Assembly (NCBI GenBank): GCA_051294905.1
Contig: CM119371.1
Coordinates: 29,266,001-29,330,000, forward strand
Source: Botryllus schlosseri
Lineage: Eukaryota
Length of the DNA: 64,000 nucleotides
Reading direction: 5' to 3'
Of this stretch, positions 38,033 through 51,349 are shown in pieces. Made by a program: the position numbers and the translations under genes. Within the stretch, counting starts at the first letter, position 1. Every line of letters begins with the position of its first letter. Under the pieces are notes generated by a model that ran no database searches, was not told the DNA's origin, and saw only the letters and a program-made list of their open reading frames with translations.

Positions 38033-40551
38033 CAGTGGCGGCTCGTGACAATATCGGGTGGTGGGGCAAAGGCCGCAAGCGACTTGTTATCAATATGACG
38101 TCACAGTAGCGTTTTTCAACGTTCATGATGGCCACATGAATTTCCCGTAAACAATGATTTTTAACGTAGGTGCCGCGAGAGGTTTGCCGGTGGCGTGACT
38201 TGAAGTGCGGTAACAAATGTTTTATTCATTGTTTTTTATTCAAATGATTATTTTACAAAATGTACGCGAACTAAGAATCGTTCCCATGCCACGAATCAAT
38301 CATCAGGTTATCCTTAGTAGCATGCGTTATGATTTCGTGGTAGAGATTACGCAAGCGCCGAGTAAGACTATACCAAAAATACACAGACCAACTACCTACA
38401 AAGAGCATTCGCATGACACCTTGTGGTGTTTTAATCGTTCCATGCTCAGCAATTCTGTAAAGTGCTGCAGCGCCTCCGACTCGATTTATATACGGATTCT
38501 CGTCCCGAAAGCGAGTCAAATCGATTTGCCCTCGTCCGAAAGTGTTTGGTACACGATCCTGATGTGTTACGACCAGGGGATAGGCAATCAAAGCGGTGGC
38601 ACCCATAAACGTAAAACATTATAAAAAGCCAGCTGTTATCCATGGAAGATTAATTACGAGTCTGCCTGCCATCATTCAAGCAGGAATCAAAGCATTGTGT
38701 TAAATTGAAATGCGAGCACATATCGCATTAAACAATTTCATGAATAAATTATTTCATCTTGATGAATTTTTCACTTTTTTTCCATAGCCATAACAAAATA
38801 TATCGGTAAATTAACTGTCAGTGTGCCTCGAGTAATAAGGATGAAAACCACTCACTTTTCCTTAGCCATAGACATGGTTGAGTTACCTGGGCTCACTTGA
38901 TTGAAATTATTCGGAAAGAACATGATGTGTACAGTCGTCCGCCCACCAGCATTAATTTATGTCTTGTATAAGTATTGTGCGCGACGTGATTTCTTATTAG
39001 CAAAATGTTCAATAACGAGTTTATTGAAATCTGGAATTCCCAGAACCACGTCGTTGTGAATCGAGAGAACAGCCAACGCATTAAGACTAAGGTCAACAAG
39101 TTCGGACACATACGCAATTGTTATCTCATAGATTGGACAAGGAAATGTCATATTGAATCCAAAACATCATTCTGAAGAACTACGGATAGCAGCCTCGGAA
39201 ATTCGGTCCCGGTACAGCTTGGGAGATTCTGGCCTTGAGGCTGGAGACTGTCACACGACACATACGGCTTACGGTCTATAGTGTCTATATGTCTGCTGCA
39301 AAATCGCCTTCGGAAAATATATTACCGAATAAATACGTGGATGAAAGCCGAAAACTTGGTACACTGTTGCATGAAATCATCGAGAAGTATAGCCTCATGA
39401 CCGTTTTCGGTATGGTACACTGTCAAAATTAATACGAACAGATCAACGCCGAATTTTGCGTAATATTTACTGAGGAATCGGCTGATCAAGCGATCAGCTG
39501 TTAGCCGCCATCGAAAACGAAACAGCTATCGCGCTTGACAGGGGTTGTAATTGTGAGCAAATGGCCCGAAGGCCACCATTCCACGGTGAAATTGACATTG
39601 GAGAATATAAAATAAAACTAAATATTTGAATGCAAACCGAGGATGTTAGTAAACTGTTTCATGATATCATCATCTCATCACCTATCTCAGTATGGAACAC
39701 AGATACACCGGCTTTTGCGTGAAATCCGCAATGCGTTAGGTAGGCTAAGTGTCAGATCAGCGCACATCTCTACCATACTCGAACTTAATAACGAAATTGC
39801 TGCCCTAATCATTGAGTGTCAACCTTGAGACTTGGCACAGCGTTCGATACTAAAATCAAGACATACCATGTAAAAGTTCATGACGGATCGAGCTAAGGAG
39901 CATCGTTAAAATCAATGGAGACCAATACCGGCTTTGCGTGAAATATGTTTGCGATACATGACCGATCAGCACACACTCGACTTTGGAAACGGAATTACTA
40001 CCCTAAACTTTGAGTAGAAACCCTGAAACTTAGGACAGTGTTAAATACCACCATCACGACATGACATACCAAGTTTCAAGAATTATCATGGTGTGAAACA
40101 CCATCAAAATCGACCTGTACCAGCAACGGTCGACTCAACGCATATCACGGTATCCGAGTTCAGATATAGATACGATTGTTACATCACACCTTAGGGGCGA
40201 GCAAGCATATTTGCCCCGGTTGCTCGGCCATTTTACGAATAGGAGAGAGTAAAGCAACGTTTCTTAATTGTGCGCAGCTTTGCGAGAATAGATAGTGAAA
40301 GCTTGTTATGAGCGCTACCGGGGCAAGCCCCGGCTAGGCATTCACAAAGCGAAAACACAGAAGAGAATTCGATTTTCGCGGAGACTTCGCTATGTATGGG
40401 CATTTGCAAGCGAAAGCACAAGAAGAACGCGGGTTTCGCTGTGATCTCGATATATATTGAGCGCTGTGCGTCTATAAATGGTTAAATTGTTATTGAACAG
40501 AATTTTAGGTGGGGCAATGCCCCAGTTGCCCTATAGGACGAGCCGCCACTG
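38033..40551. mobile_element. 2.5 kb non-autonomous hAT element
   Basis: TIRs cagtggcggctcgt / acgagccgccactg; perfect TSD tatacact. Confidence 0.88.
39551..40233. mobile_element. Possible Helentron-associated non-autonomous element
   Basis: 5' gagcaa plus tggcc-cgaa-ggcca hairpin, internal ~190-bp repeats (ga.actt.g..cag), 3' ggggc...gcccc hairpin and ttgctc. Confidence 0.35.
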
Positions 40552-40837
40552 TATACACTGTACAGTCAATAGCTGTGTTGTACTATTTCCCAACAGTACC
40601 CATAATCACATGCTGTTAAGCAACATTATTTTACATAAATCTAGATGAGGTGGAACGAAGGTTTGCCATGCGAACGATCGTGCAAAAATATGCGGATGAG
40701 TGGCAAGGAATGGCTATATAAAGCAGAAACAGCAATGCAAGGAGTGCTTAGCAGAGCCTCAATGTCCATTAACATTGTGTGTGTGGCCAATAGATGTCCG
40801 ACGACCGTACGTGTGCTTTAGGCGACGAAGACAAAAA

Positions 40838-40910
40838 TGACCCCGAAGGGACTCGAACCCTCAATCTTCTGATTCGAAGTCAGACGCCTTATCCATTAGG
40901 CCACGAGGCC
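40838..40910 (-). tRNA. tRNA-Arg(TCG)
   Basis: Identical to the 3809-3881 body; TTTTT terminator. Confidence 0.95.
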
Positions 40911-41053
40911 GCCGGAGTTATACCTCAACTACCTTGTACTTACCAGAAGACTATGAATCTGTGATAACGTGAGACAGCCTTGCATTATCTGGTAATATTT
41001 GATTACGAAATAATGTGGCATATATCTTTGATTCGTGCATTTCAAAGAAAATG

Positions 41054-41128
41054 CGACCCTGAAGGGATTCGAACCCTCAGTCTACTGATTAGAAATTAGA
41101 CGGTGTGTCTATTAGGCTACGAACTGCC
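41054..41128 (-). pseudogene. Degenerate tRNA-Arg pseudogene
   Basis: gaagggattcgaaccctca core with decayed arms. Confidence 0.65.
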
Positions 41129-41266
41129 GCATCAATATTGTTTTTCAATTAAAAACCCTTTGAACTCGAATGAACTGGTATCGCTTTTGCACTATACTGC
41201 GTTATGGAGCAGGAGCAGCCATCATAAGTGACACATCATTGAAGTATTTGTTTTGCCCGCTAACCA

Positions 41267-41300
<34 letters not shown>

Positions 41301-41710
41301 CAATGATTCAGTCCCGCAAAGCGTGATGTTACTTTACCAAACGAAATCTGCAGGTTAAACCATAAACCATGTGATGATTATAGATATGCGCGAAGCTCCG
41401 TAACCCAACCAATTCGTGGGCCGCCTAAATTTGTACCCCGGCCACGAAAGATGAGTTTGGATACTATCTAACAAGCTTGACCGGAAGGGACTCGAACTCG
41501 CAACCTCCCGACTCGACGTCGGACGCCTTGTTCAATGTTCATTTATGCCACGCGTTGCTTATCAGAACCGAAAACGTTTGTCTTCAGTATTGAATGCATT
41601 GCCATATAAAGAAGTGAGGCTATTTAATACACCCTGCATCGTGGCTCCGAAATTTGTGAATTGCTGTTTGAAATGACGAATTGAGGCTTGTACGGAGGAA
41701 GTAAAAAGTA

Positions 41711-41783
41711 TGACCTCGAAGGGACTCGAACCCTTAATCTTCTGATTCGTAGTCAGACGCCTTATCCATTGGGCCACGAGGCC
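41711..41783 (-). tRNA. tRNA-Arg(ACG)
   Basis: Intact cloverleaf, G49A keeps pairing; T-run terminator. Confidence 0.93.
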
Positions 41784-42311
41784 GCGCGATGACAGGCGCT
41801 TGTGCGGAATAGATCTTAAGTGTAATCAATTGCGATTGCGATTATTTATGGAAATGCCAATGCGATTTTGATTACCATTACGACCAAATGTCGTATTGAC
41901 CGAAATACGATCACGATTATTTATGATTGTATTAGCGCCGAACTTTACCGTCGGAACGGATGCAATTTCGTAGTTGCTCTCTGCGTATCCTAAGTCATTT
42001 CGCGAGCTGGAACTTCGTGATGTGCTTTTCGAGTTCGACGAACTGAGGTATGTGTTTGTTGGGTTGAGCTATATAGGATGACCCCGAAGGGACTCTAATC
42101 CGAAGACTTGAATATTATGCCACGTGACCCTACATTGTGTAAACCAGCACTTCTGTACCTTAACTTTTGAATTGATTTACTATTCGTGTACGACTGTTCG
42201 TGCGAGAAGTTACCGTAACTCAACCGCATCTCGACACGTGTGGCTTGTTTTAGAAAGATTATTCATTGAGGTTCGTGTTCATTTTGGTTAAACTAAAAGT
42301 ATGACCCCGAA

Positions 42312-42735
42312 TATGGTCGCATTTAAAACAAAAATCAATTTAAATGACACATGTTAAATCAAGGCCCTAATTTAAAACATTTTCTTCGTGCTATGACGTC
42401 ACGAATATTCAATTCTGACGCCATAATGGATTGACATTGACAGTTGAAAATATAGGGTAAATATGGCTCCTTTCACGAAATATCTGTACTATTAATGTTG
42501 AACCGACTATTTTGAGGGTTCCAACCATCCCATATCGATATACGTCGGCTATATCTGGTGTTAATTGTCCGTAGGCACATACAACCCGTTTTTTGGAAAG
42601 TATATACACAATTACGGCATAATTTTACGACTTCAAAATCACAATTTATTTTAAAAGAATATTTTTTAAAACACTGTTTAAAACATGTTTTAGACAAAGT
42701 GTTTTGAAACACCGTTTGTTTTAAATGCAACCTTA
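42312..42735. mobile_element. hAT MITE inserted into a tRNA-Arg(TCG) gene (tRNA halves at 42302-42311 and 42736-42803)
   Basis: TIRs tatggtcgcatttaaaacaa / ttgttttaaatgcaacctta; decayed 8-bp TSD accccgaa / atcccaaa made of tRNA sequence. Confidence 0.7.
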
Positions 42736-43094
42736 ATCCCAAAAGGATTCGCACCGACGGCACCGTCAATCTTCTGATTCGAAGTCAGACGCCTTATCCA
42801 TTAGAGACCTTGACGCCATGCGAGGACCGAAAACTTTCGCATTCAAAATTGATGCGTTTTCCGTATATATGAGTCAAGCCATGTTCACAAGCCTATAGCG
42901 TGGGCCGAAAATGTATGAACTGCTTCGAAAATGGTGAATTGAAGCTAGTGCTGTCAGATGCATCAGCAATATTCGTGTACGTGAGACGTGAGTAAGGTTA
43001 GGCAGCGCAACACATTCTACAGTCCTGACATTTATGGGCTGCTTTTGAAATATGACAAAAATAGTGGTATTATTCTTTTTTATACTTAAAAGCA

Positions 43095-43167
43095 TGACCC
43101 CGAAGGGACTCGAACCCTCAATCTTCTGATTCGAAGTCAGACGCCTTATCCATTAGGCCACGAGGCC
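43095..43167 (-). tRNA. tRNA-Arg(TCG)
   Basis: Intact consensus copy. Confidence 0.95.
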
Positions 43168-43627
43168 GCGCTGCAATGGGACAGATCTTTGACATCATTG
43201 CAATTCATGTAAAACTATGACATTAATATTGTTTATCAATTAAAATCCACTTGAACGCGGATATACTGGTATCGATCTTGCACTACTATACGTTACGAAG
43301 CAGGAACAGTCATCATATTTCTTACATCATTGAAGCATTTGGTTTTGCCCACCATTCCATATCTCTACAAAGGGATCAGTGCTGTGGTGCGAGAAGTTAC
43401 TTTACTAGACTTATTCTGCAGGCGCGACATTTGTGACCTGTTTTTGAAAGACAACTATTGATTGTGGTTAAACTAAAAATCATGGGATTTTAGTAGATAT
43501 GCGCGAAGCTCCGTCACCTAATCTATTCATGGACCGCCCAAACCTCCAACCCGGTTACAAAAGACTATTATGGATAGCGCTTTGGGAACCCGAAGGGACT
43601 CGAGCTCTCAACTGTTCGATTCGACGT

Positions 43628-44387
43628 ATTGTGGGGTTCAGCTAAAGCCAAATACTTGAATCGGATTAAAAGCCTGCAGAATAAAGCAATTAAATTGACT
43701 TGTCTCGCCAATCGCAGAGATAGTGTAAATCCTTTATATAGCCACTTGAACATCTTAAAAGTTGAAGATATCCACTTTTATGAAATAGGTAAGCTCATGC
43801 ATGGCTACTACAATGAGAGCCTACCAGAAATCTTCCTAGACTATTTCACTCATCTCACCAGTCACAATTCACACAATACCCAAGGCTCTTCTATGAATCT
43901 ATTCTTACCCAGAGAACATCCTAAGACTATCAGTTTCCAAGGTCCTCGTATATGGAACTCCATTCCACCCCATATTAAAGATAAACCACTCCATATCTTT
44001 AAACAAATGTTTCACGAATATCTTGTAGGAAAATATGAACATTCTTAATAAATGTGTCAATCAGCATCTCTTTGCCTAGTTTGTGTTCCTGTAGCCAGTG
44101 CAATTGTTTTATCTCGTCTATTCAGGTTACCTACTGTGATCCCACTTAGTTTTTCATCTGTTTCTGATACATTGCGTATATGTTATATTTTTTGCTTGCA
44201 AATGTGTTATATTATGTGATAAGTTTCATACTACAACCATCCTTTCAGGCTGTAGCTGACTTGATGATCTCCCGATCCCTTCGCTACAGCCTGGTTCTGA
44301 ATTATATATACTTTGCTTTGTATTTATCTATATGTGTATTATCAATGTTCATGGACCGAATAAATTCTCTCTCTCTCTCTCTCTCTC
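43628..44387 (+). mobile_element. 5'-truncated LINE (CR1/L2-like ORF2 C-terminus plus 3' UTR)
   Basis: ORF 43629-44048 WGSA...LQNKAIK...PLYSHLNILKVEDI...ISFQGPRIWNSIP; AATAAA and (TC)n tail; 7-bp TSD tcgacgt. Confidence 0.85.
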
Positions 44388-44767
44388 TCGACGTCGGATG
44401 CGTTTTTCTTTTAGGCCACTCGGGCGTGTCAGAACCGAAAACGTTTGTCTTCAGAAATGATATCATTGGCGTAGAAAGGAGTGAAGTTACATAATCCAAC
44501 CCGCATCGTGGGTCCGAAATTTATGACATGCTGTTTGAAATGACAATTTAACGCTTCTGTATCGAATTCCGAATTATTTTCTATTGGGTCGCGGGACCTT
44601 GCAGGTGTAAACCAGTGAACCTCAAAATTTGTCGTCAAAACTGATATAATATTCGCGTGCGTGCGTGAGGTTAGATAACGCAACATATTTTGCAGGCCTG
44701 GCATTTATGGCCTGCTTTTGAAATATGACAAAATTAAGGTTGTGTTATTATTTTTTATTTGAAACCG

Positions 44768-44840
44768 TGACCCCGAAGGGACTCGAACCTTCAATCTTCT
44801 GATTCGAAGTCGGACGCCTTATCCATTAGGCCACGAGGTC
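44768..44840 (-). tRNA. tRNA-Arg(TCG), possibly defective
   Basis: Full length but C29.A41 and A51.C63 mismatches. Confidence 0.6.
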
Positions 44841-45591
44841 GCGCTGGGGGTGGTCAGATCTTTGACGTCACGAATCAAAATTTATGTAAAACTATCGCAA
44901 TAATATTGTTTTTTTAAATTGACACCCCTTTGAACGCGGATGTACCGGTATCGATCTTGCACTACTAAGCGTTACTAATTAGGAACAATCATCATATTTG
45001 TCACATTGAAGTATCCGAGTTTGCCCACTATTCCATATCTCTACCAAAAGATTCAGTGCTTTAGTGCGGAAGTTAAGTTACTTGACTTAACTTATTCTGC
45101 AGGCCCGACAATTCATAGAGTTGTTCAAAAATAACTTTTTTCCCGGATTCCGAACATTCGCTGATTAAATTGTCAGGTTACCCTTAAAAACGCGGCACAC
45201 CGAATTTTATTCAATTCTAACCAGTATAAGCCGCCGAAGAGCCAATTTAAATTTTTAAATTATCACGATAAATTATTTAAATATAGTTCTCAAAATTTTA
45301 GGTAAACCCCATGGAATTGTGGAGTTGTCTTCAAAAACGATGCAAAACAAATTTGACTCAATTCTAACCCGTAGAAGAGGTATTATTAACGATTTTCATA
45401 TATAATTCTGGGATTATCCACCGTCAATGCCGTCAGAGCCGAAAACTTTCGTCTTCAGTATAGATTTCATTGCTGTAGAAAGGTGTGAAGTTACCTAATC
45501 CAACTCGCATATAGTGGATCCGGAATTTATGATATGCTGTTCGAAATGACAATTCGAAGCTTGTACGCAGTTTTAGAAGAATTAAAAGGTG

Positions 45592-45664
45592 TGACCACGA
45601 AGGGACTCGAACCCTCAATCTTCTGATTCGTAGTCAGACGCCTTATCCATTGGGCCACGAGGCC
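45592..45664 (-). tRNA. tRNA-Arg(ACG)
   Basis: Full length; T5.T68 acceptor-stem mismatch. Confidence 0.8.
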
Positions 45665-45997
45665 GCTGTGTGACTATAAGGACTTGTACGGAATAGACGT
45701 TCGGTGTATTCATTTGGGATTGCAATTACTTCTGGAAATGCGACCTTTTCGAGCATAACGCACTTAAGAATGTATTTTTCTTCTAATCGTCGCCCTGAAG
45801 ACTTATATATTATGACACGTGACCATACATGTGTAAACCAGAATTTCTGACATTTAACGTTTGAATTGATTTACTATTTGCGTACGACTATAGGAAAGGT
45901 GCGTGAAGTTACCGAAACTCAAAAGAAAATCAACATTTATGGTCTTTGAAATATAACGTATTGAAGTTCGTTTTTATTTCGGGTAAACTAAAAAGCA

Positions 45998-46055
45998 TGA
46001 CCCCGAAGGGACTCGAACCCTCAGTCAGACGCCTTATGCATTAGGCCACGAGGCC
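45998..46055 (-). pseudogene. Anticodon-deleted tRNA-Arg (58 nt)
   Basis: 15-nt deletion of anticodon, 3' anticodon stem and most of the variable loop; G19C. Confidence 0.85.
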
Positions 46056-47151
46056 GAACCATGGCTGGTCGAGTCATTTATGTCACCACTCAAAATCCGT
46101 GCCAAACTATCGCATTAATATTGTTTTTCAATTAAAAATCCTTTCAACGCGATTGAACACCATTCCATATCTCTAGCACAGGATTCAATGCAATAGTAGG
46201 TGAAGATATTATACCGAACCTATTCCGCAGGGCCGACATCTTTGACCTGTTTCTGGAAGATAGCAATTGTTTATGGTTAAACTGACAAGCATGTGATTTT
46301 TCTATGTATGCGCGAAGCTCAGTACTCCAGTCTATTAACGGGCTGCCTAAATTTGTAACCCGGTTGCTGAGGATGATTGTGGATAGCGCTTTTTGAATGG
46401 AAATTAAAAAGTTTGGCCCAAAGGTACTCGAGCTCGTAACCCCTGACACGCGTCGGACGCCATGTTCATTAGGCCGCGTGGTGCGTATCAAATGAGGAGG
46501 TCAGGTCTTTGACGTCATGCATCCAAATTCATGTAAAACTATCGCAATAATATTGTTTATCAATGGAAAACCCTTTGAACTCGGATATACTGGTATCGAT
46601 CTTGCACTACTATACGTTACGAAGCAGACAGTCATCATATTTGTCACATCATCGAAGTATTTGGTTTTGCCCAATATTCCATATATCTACCAAAGGCTCC
46701 AGTGCTGTAGTGCTGGAAGTTACTTTACTAGACTTATTCAGCAGGCCCGACATCAGTGACCTGTTTTTGAAATATAACGATTGATTGTGGTTAAACTAAA
46801 ATAAACTGTGATTTCTGCAGATATGCGTGAAACCTGCGTCGCCTGATTTATTCATGGACCGCGTAAATCTGTAACCCGGTGACGAAAGACGATCGTGGAT
46901 AGCGATTTTTGGATGGAAACTAAAATGGTTAACCCGAAGGGACTCGAACTCTCGCGAACTCGTTGTTCATTTAGGCGGCGCTGGGCGTATCAGAACCGAA
47001 AACGATTGTCGTCAGAATTGATATCATTGCCGTAAAAAAGAGTGAAGTTACTTATTCCAACCCGCATCGTGGGTCCGAAATTTACGACATGCTGTTTGAA
47101 ATGACAATTTGATGCGTGTGCGAAGTTTGATTGAGGAGAAAATAAAAAGTG

Positions 47152-47222
47152 CGACCTCGAAGGGACTCGGACCCTCAATATTCTGATTCGTATTGACACT
47201 CCTTATCAATTGGGCCACGAGT
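47152..47222 (-). pseudogene. Degenerate tRNA-Arg(ACG)
   Basis: Decayed anticodon stem and B box. Confidence 0.75.
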
Positions 47223-47616
47223 GATACGATGTGACATAATTGTGCGGAATACGTCTTCACGTGCAGAATCGGTCAACTGGATAATGCTAGCTGTCTAATT
47301 TCACTAAATTAGAGCGAAAGCAGGCTATCCCAAGCCATTTCGCACAGAAGAGACTCTAATCCTGCTCACCGTAACTCCTCCGCAACTCCACCTTTATGGT
47401 CTGCTTTTGAAAGATTATGCGTTAAGGTTCGTGTTTATTTTGGTTAAACCAGGTGTAAATGATATAGAACATCAAAATTTGTCGTCAAAATCGATGTAAT
47501 ATCCGTGTACGTGCTTAGGGTTAGGTAATGCGACATGTTCTGCATGTCTGACATGTATGGCATGCCTTTGAAATATGACAAAATGAAGGTTGTGCTCTTT
47601 TTTTATACTAAAAGCG

Positions 47617-47689
47617 TGACCCCGAAGGGACTCGAACCCTCAATCTTCTGATTCGAAGTCAGACGCCTTATCCATTAGGCCACGAGGCC
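47617..47689 (-). tRNA. tRNA-Arg(TCG)
   Basis: Intact consensus copy. Confidence 0.95.
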
Positions 47690-48437
47690 GCGCTGCAGGT
47701 GGTGAGATCTTTGACGTCACGGATCGAAAGTTATGTGAAACTATCGCATTAATATTGTTTTTAAAATTGAAACCCATTTGAACGCGGATGTACGGGTATC
47801 GATATTGCACTACTATGCGTTACGAATTAGGAACATTCATCATATTTCTCACATCATTGAAGTATCTGAGTTTGCCCACTATTCCATATCTCTACCAAAG
47901 GATTCAGTGCTGTAGTGCCGTATTTACTTTACCAAACTTATTCTGCAGGCCCGACAATTCATAGAGTTGTTCAAAAATAACTTTTTTCCCGGATTCCGAA
48001 CATTCGCTGATTAAATTGTCAGGTTACCCTTAAAAACGCGGCACACCGAATTTTATTCAATTCTAACCAGTATAAGCCGCCGAAGAGCCAATTTAAATTT
48101 TTAAATTATCACGATAAATTATTTAAATATACTTCTCAAAATTTTAGGTAAACCCCATGGAATTGTGGAGTTGTCTTCAAAAACGATGCAAAACAAATTT
48201 GACTCAATTCTAACCCGTAGAAGAGGTATTATTAACGATTTTCATATATAATTCTGGGATTATCCACCGTCAATGCCGTCAGAGCCGAAAACTTTCGTCT
48301 TCAGTATAGATTTCATTGCTGTAGAAAGGTGTGAAGTTACCTAATGCAACTCGCATATAGTGGATCCGGAATTTATGATATGCTGTTCGAAATGACAATT
48401 TGAAGCTTGTACGCAGTTTTAGAAGAATTAAAAGGTA

Positions 48438-48510
48438 TGACCTCGAAGGGACTCGAACCCTCAATCTTCTGATTCGTAGTCAGACGCCTTATCCATTGGG
48501 CCACGAGGCC
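48438..48510 (-). tRNA. tRNA-Arg(ACG)
   Basis: Intact consensus copy. Confidence 0.95.
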
Positions 48511-48843
48511 GCTGTGTGACTATAAGGACTTGTACGGAATACAGGTTCGGTGTATTCATTTGGGATTGCAATTACTTCTGGAAATGCGACCTTTTCGAGC
48601 ATAACGCACTTAAGAATGTATTTTTCTTCTAATCGTCGCCCTGAAGACTTATATATTATGACACGTGACCATACATGTGTAAACCTGAATTTCTGACATT
48701 TAACGTTTGAATTGATTTACTATTTGCGTACGACTATAGGAAAGGTGCGTGAAGTTACCGAAACTCAAAAGAAAATCAACATTTATGGTCTTTGAAATAT
48801 AACGTATTGAAGTTCGTTTTTATTTCGGGTAAACTAAAAAGCA

Positions 48844-48901
48844 TGACCCCGAAGGGACTCGAACCCTCAGTCAGACGCCTTATGCATTAGGCCACGAGGC
48901 C
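48844..48901 (-). pseudogene. Anticodon-deleted tRNA-Arg (58 nt)
   Basis: Identical to 45998-46055. Confidence 0.85.
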
Positions 48902-49998
48902 GAACCATGGCTGGTCGAGTCATTTATGTCACCACTCAAAATCCGTGCAAAACTATCGCATTAATATTGTTTTTCAATTAAAAAACCTTTGAACGCGATT
49001 GAACACCATTCCATATCTCTAGCACAGGATTCAATGCAATAGTAGGTGAAGATATTTTACCGAACCTATTCCGCAGGGCCGACATCTTTGACCTGTTTCT
49101 GGAAGATAGCAATTGTTTATGGTTAAACTGACAAGAATGTGATTTTTCTATGTATGCGCGAAGCTCAGTACTCCAGTCTATTAACGGGCTGCCTAAATTT
49201 GTAACCCGGTTGCTAAGGATGATTGTGGATAGCGCTTTTTGAATGGAAATTAAAAAGTTTGGCCCAAAGGTACTCGAGCTCGTAACCCCTGACACGCGTC
49301 GGACGCCATGTTCATTAGGCCGCGTGGTGCGTATCAAATGAGGAGGTCAGGTCTTTGACGTCATGCATCCAAATTCATGTAAAACTATCGCAATAATATT
49401 GTTTATCAATGGAAAACCCTTTGAACTCGGATATACTGGTATCGATCTTGCACTACTATACGTTACGAAGCAGGAACAGTCATCATATTTGTCACATCAT
49501 TGAAGTATTTGGTTTTGCCCAATATTCCATATATCTACCAAAGGCTCCAGTGCTGTAGTGCTGGAAGTTACTTTACTAGACTTATTCTGCAGGCCCGACA
49601 TCAGTGACCTGTTTTTGAAATATAACGGTTGATTGTGGTAAACTAAAATAAACTGTGATTTCTGCAGATATGCGTGAAACCTGCGTCGCCTGATTTATTC
49701 ATGGACCGCGTAAATCTGTAACCCGGTTACGAAAGACGATCGTGGATAGCGATTTTTGGATGGAAACTAAAATGGTTAAACCGAAGGGACTCGAACTCTC
49801 GCGAACTCGTTGTTCATTTAGGCGGCGCTGGGCGTATCAGAACCGAAAACGATTGTCGTCAGAATTGATATCATTGCCGTAAAAAGGAGTGAAGTTACTT
49901 ATTCCAACCCGCATCGTGGGTCCGAAATTTACGACATGCTGTTTGAAATGACAATTTGATGCGTGTGCGAAGTTTGATTGAGGAGAAAATAAAAAGTG

Positions 49999-50069
49999 CG
50001 ACCTCGAAGGGACTCGGACCCTCAATATTCTGATTCGTATTGACACTCCTTATCAATTGGGCCACGAGT
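49999..50069 (-). pseudogene. Degenerate tRNA-Arg(ACG)
   Basis: Copy of 47152-47222. Confidence 0.75.
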
Positions 50070-50463
50070 GATACGATGTGACATAATTGTGCGGAATACG
50101 TCTTCACGTGCAGACTCGGTCAACTGGATAATGCTAGCTGTCTAATTTCACTAAATTAGAGCGCAAGCAGGCTATCCCAAGCCATTTCGCACAGAAGAGA
50201 CTCTAATCCTGCTCACCGTAACTCCTCCGCAACTCCACCTTTATGGTCTGCTTTTGAAAGATTATGCGTTAAGGTTCGTGTTTATTTTGGTTAAACGAGG
50301 TGTAAATGATATAGAACATCAAAATTTGTCGTCAAAATCGATGTAATATCCGTGTACGTGCTTAGGGTTAGGTAATGCGACATGTTCTGCATGTCTGACA
50401 TGTATGGTATGCCTTTGAAATATGACAAAATGAAGGTTGTGCTCTTTTTTTATACTAAAAGCG

Positions 50464-50536
50464 TGACCCCGAAGGGACTCGAACCCTCAATTTTCTGATT
50501 CGAAGTCAGACGCCTTATCCATTAGGCCACGAGGCC
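50464..50536 (-). tRNA. tRNA-Arg(TCG)
   Basis: Intact; one variable-loop substitution. Confidence 0.9.
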
Positions 50537-51276
50537 GCGCTGCAGGTGGTGAGATCTTTGACGTCACGGATCGAAAGTTATGTGAAACTATCGCATTAAT
50601 ATTGTTTTTAAAATTGAAACCCATTTGAACGCGGATGTACGGGTATCGATATTGCACTACTATGCGTTACGAATTAGGAACATTCATCATATTTCTCACA
50701 TCATTGAAGTATCTGAGTTTGCCCACTATTCCATATCTCTACCAAAGGATTCAGTGCTGTAGTGCCGTATTTACTTTACCTAACTTATTCTGCAGGCCCG
50801 ACAATTTATAGAGTTGTTCAAAAATAACTTTTTTCCCGGATTCCGGACATTCACTGATTAAATTGTCAGGTTACCCTTAAAAACGCTGCACACCAAATTT
50901 GGTTCAATTTTAACCAGTATAAGTCCCCGCAGAGTGAATTTAAATTTTTAATTTATCACGATAAATTAATAGAAAAGTTCTAAAATTAGTAGGTAAACCC
51001 CCTGGAATTGGGGCGTTGTCTTCAAAAAGGATGCAAAACAAATATGACTCAATTCTAACCCTACGGGAGCTATTAGAGATTTTCATATATAATTCTGGGA
51101 TTATCCACCGACAATGCCGTCAGAACCGAGAGCTTTTGTCTTCAGAATTGAATTCATTGCTGTGGAAAGGAGTGAAGTTACCTTATCCAACCCGCATAGT
51201 GGGTCTGGAATTTATTGTATGCTGTTTGAAATGACAATTCAAGGCTTGTACGCAGTATTAGAAGAATTAAAAGGAA

Positions 51277-51349
51277 TGACCTCGAAGGGACTTGAACCCT
51301 CAATCTTCTGATTCGTAGTCAGACGCCTTATCCATTGGGCCACGAGGCC
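51277..51349 (-). tRNA. tRNA-Arg(ACG)
   Basis: Intact; T-loop TTCAAGT variant. Confidence 0.9.

Noticed and set aside
38217..38643. ORFs inside the 2.5 kb hAT element as a transposase
   Set aside because: No hAT DDE, BED finger or dimerisation motifs recognised.
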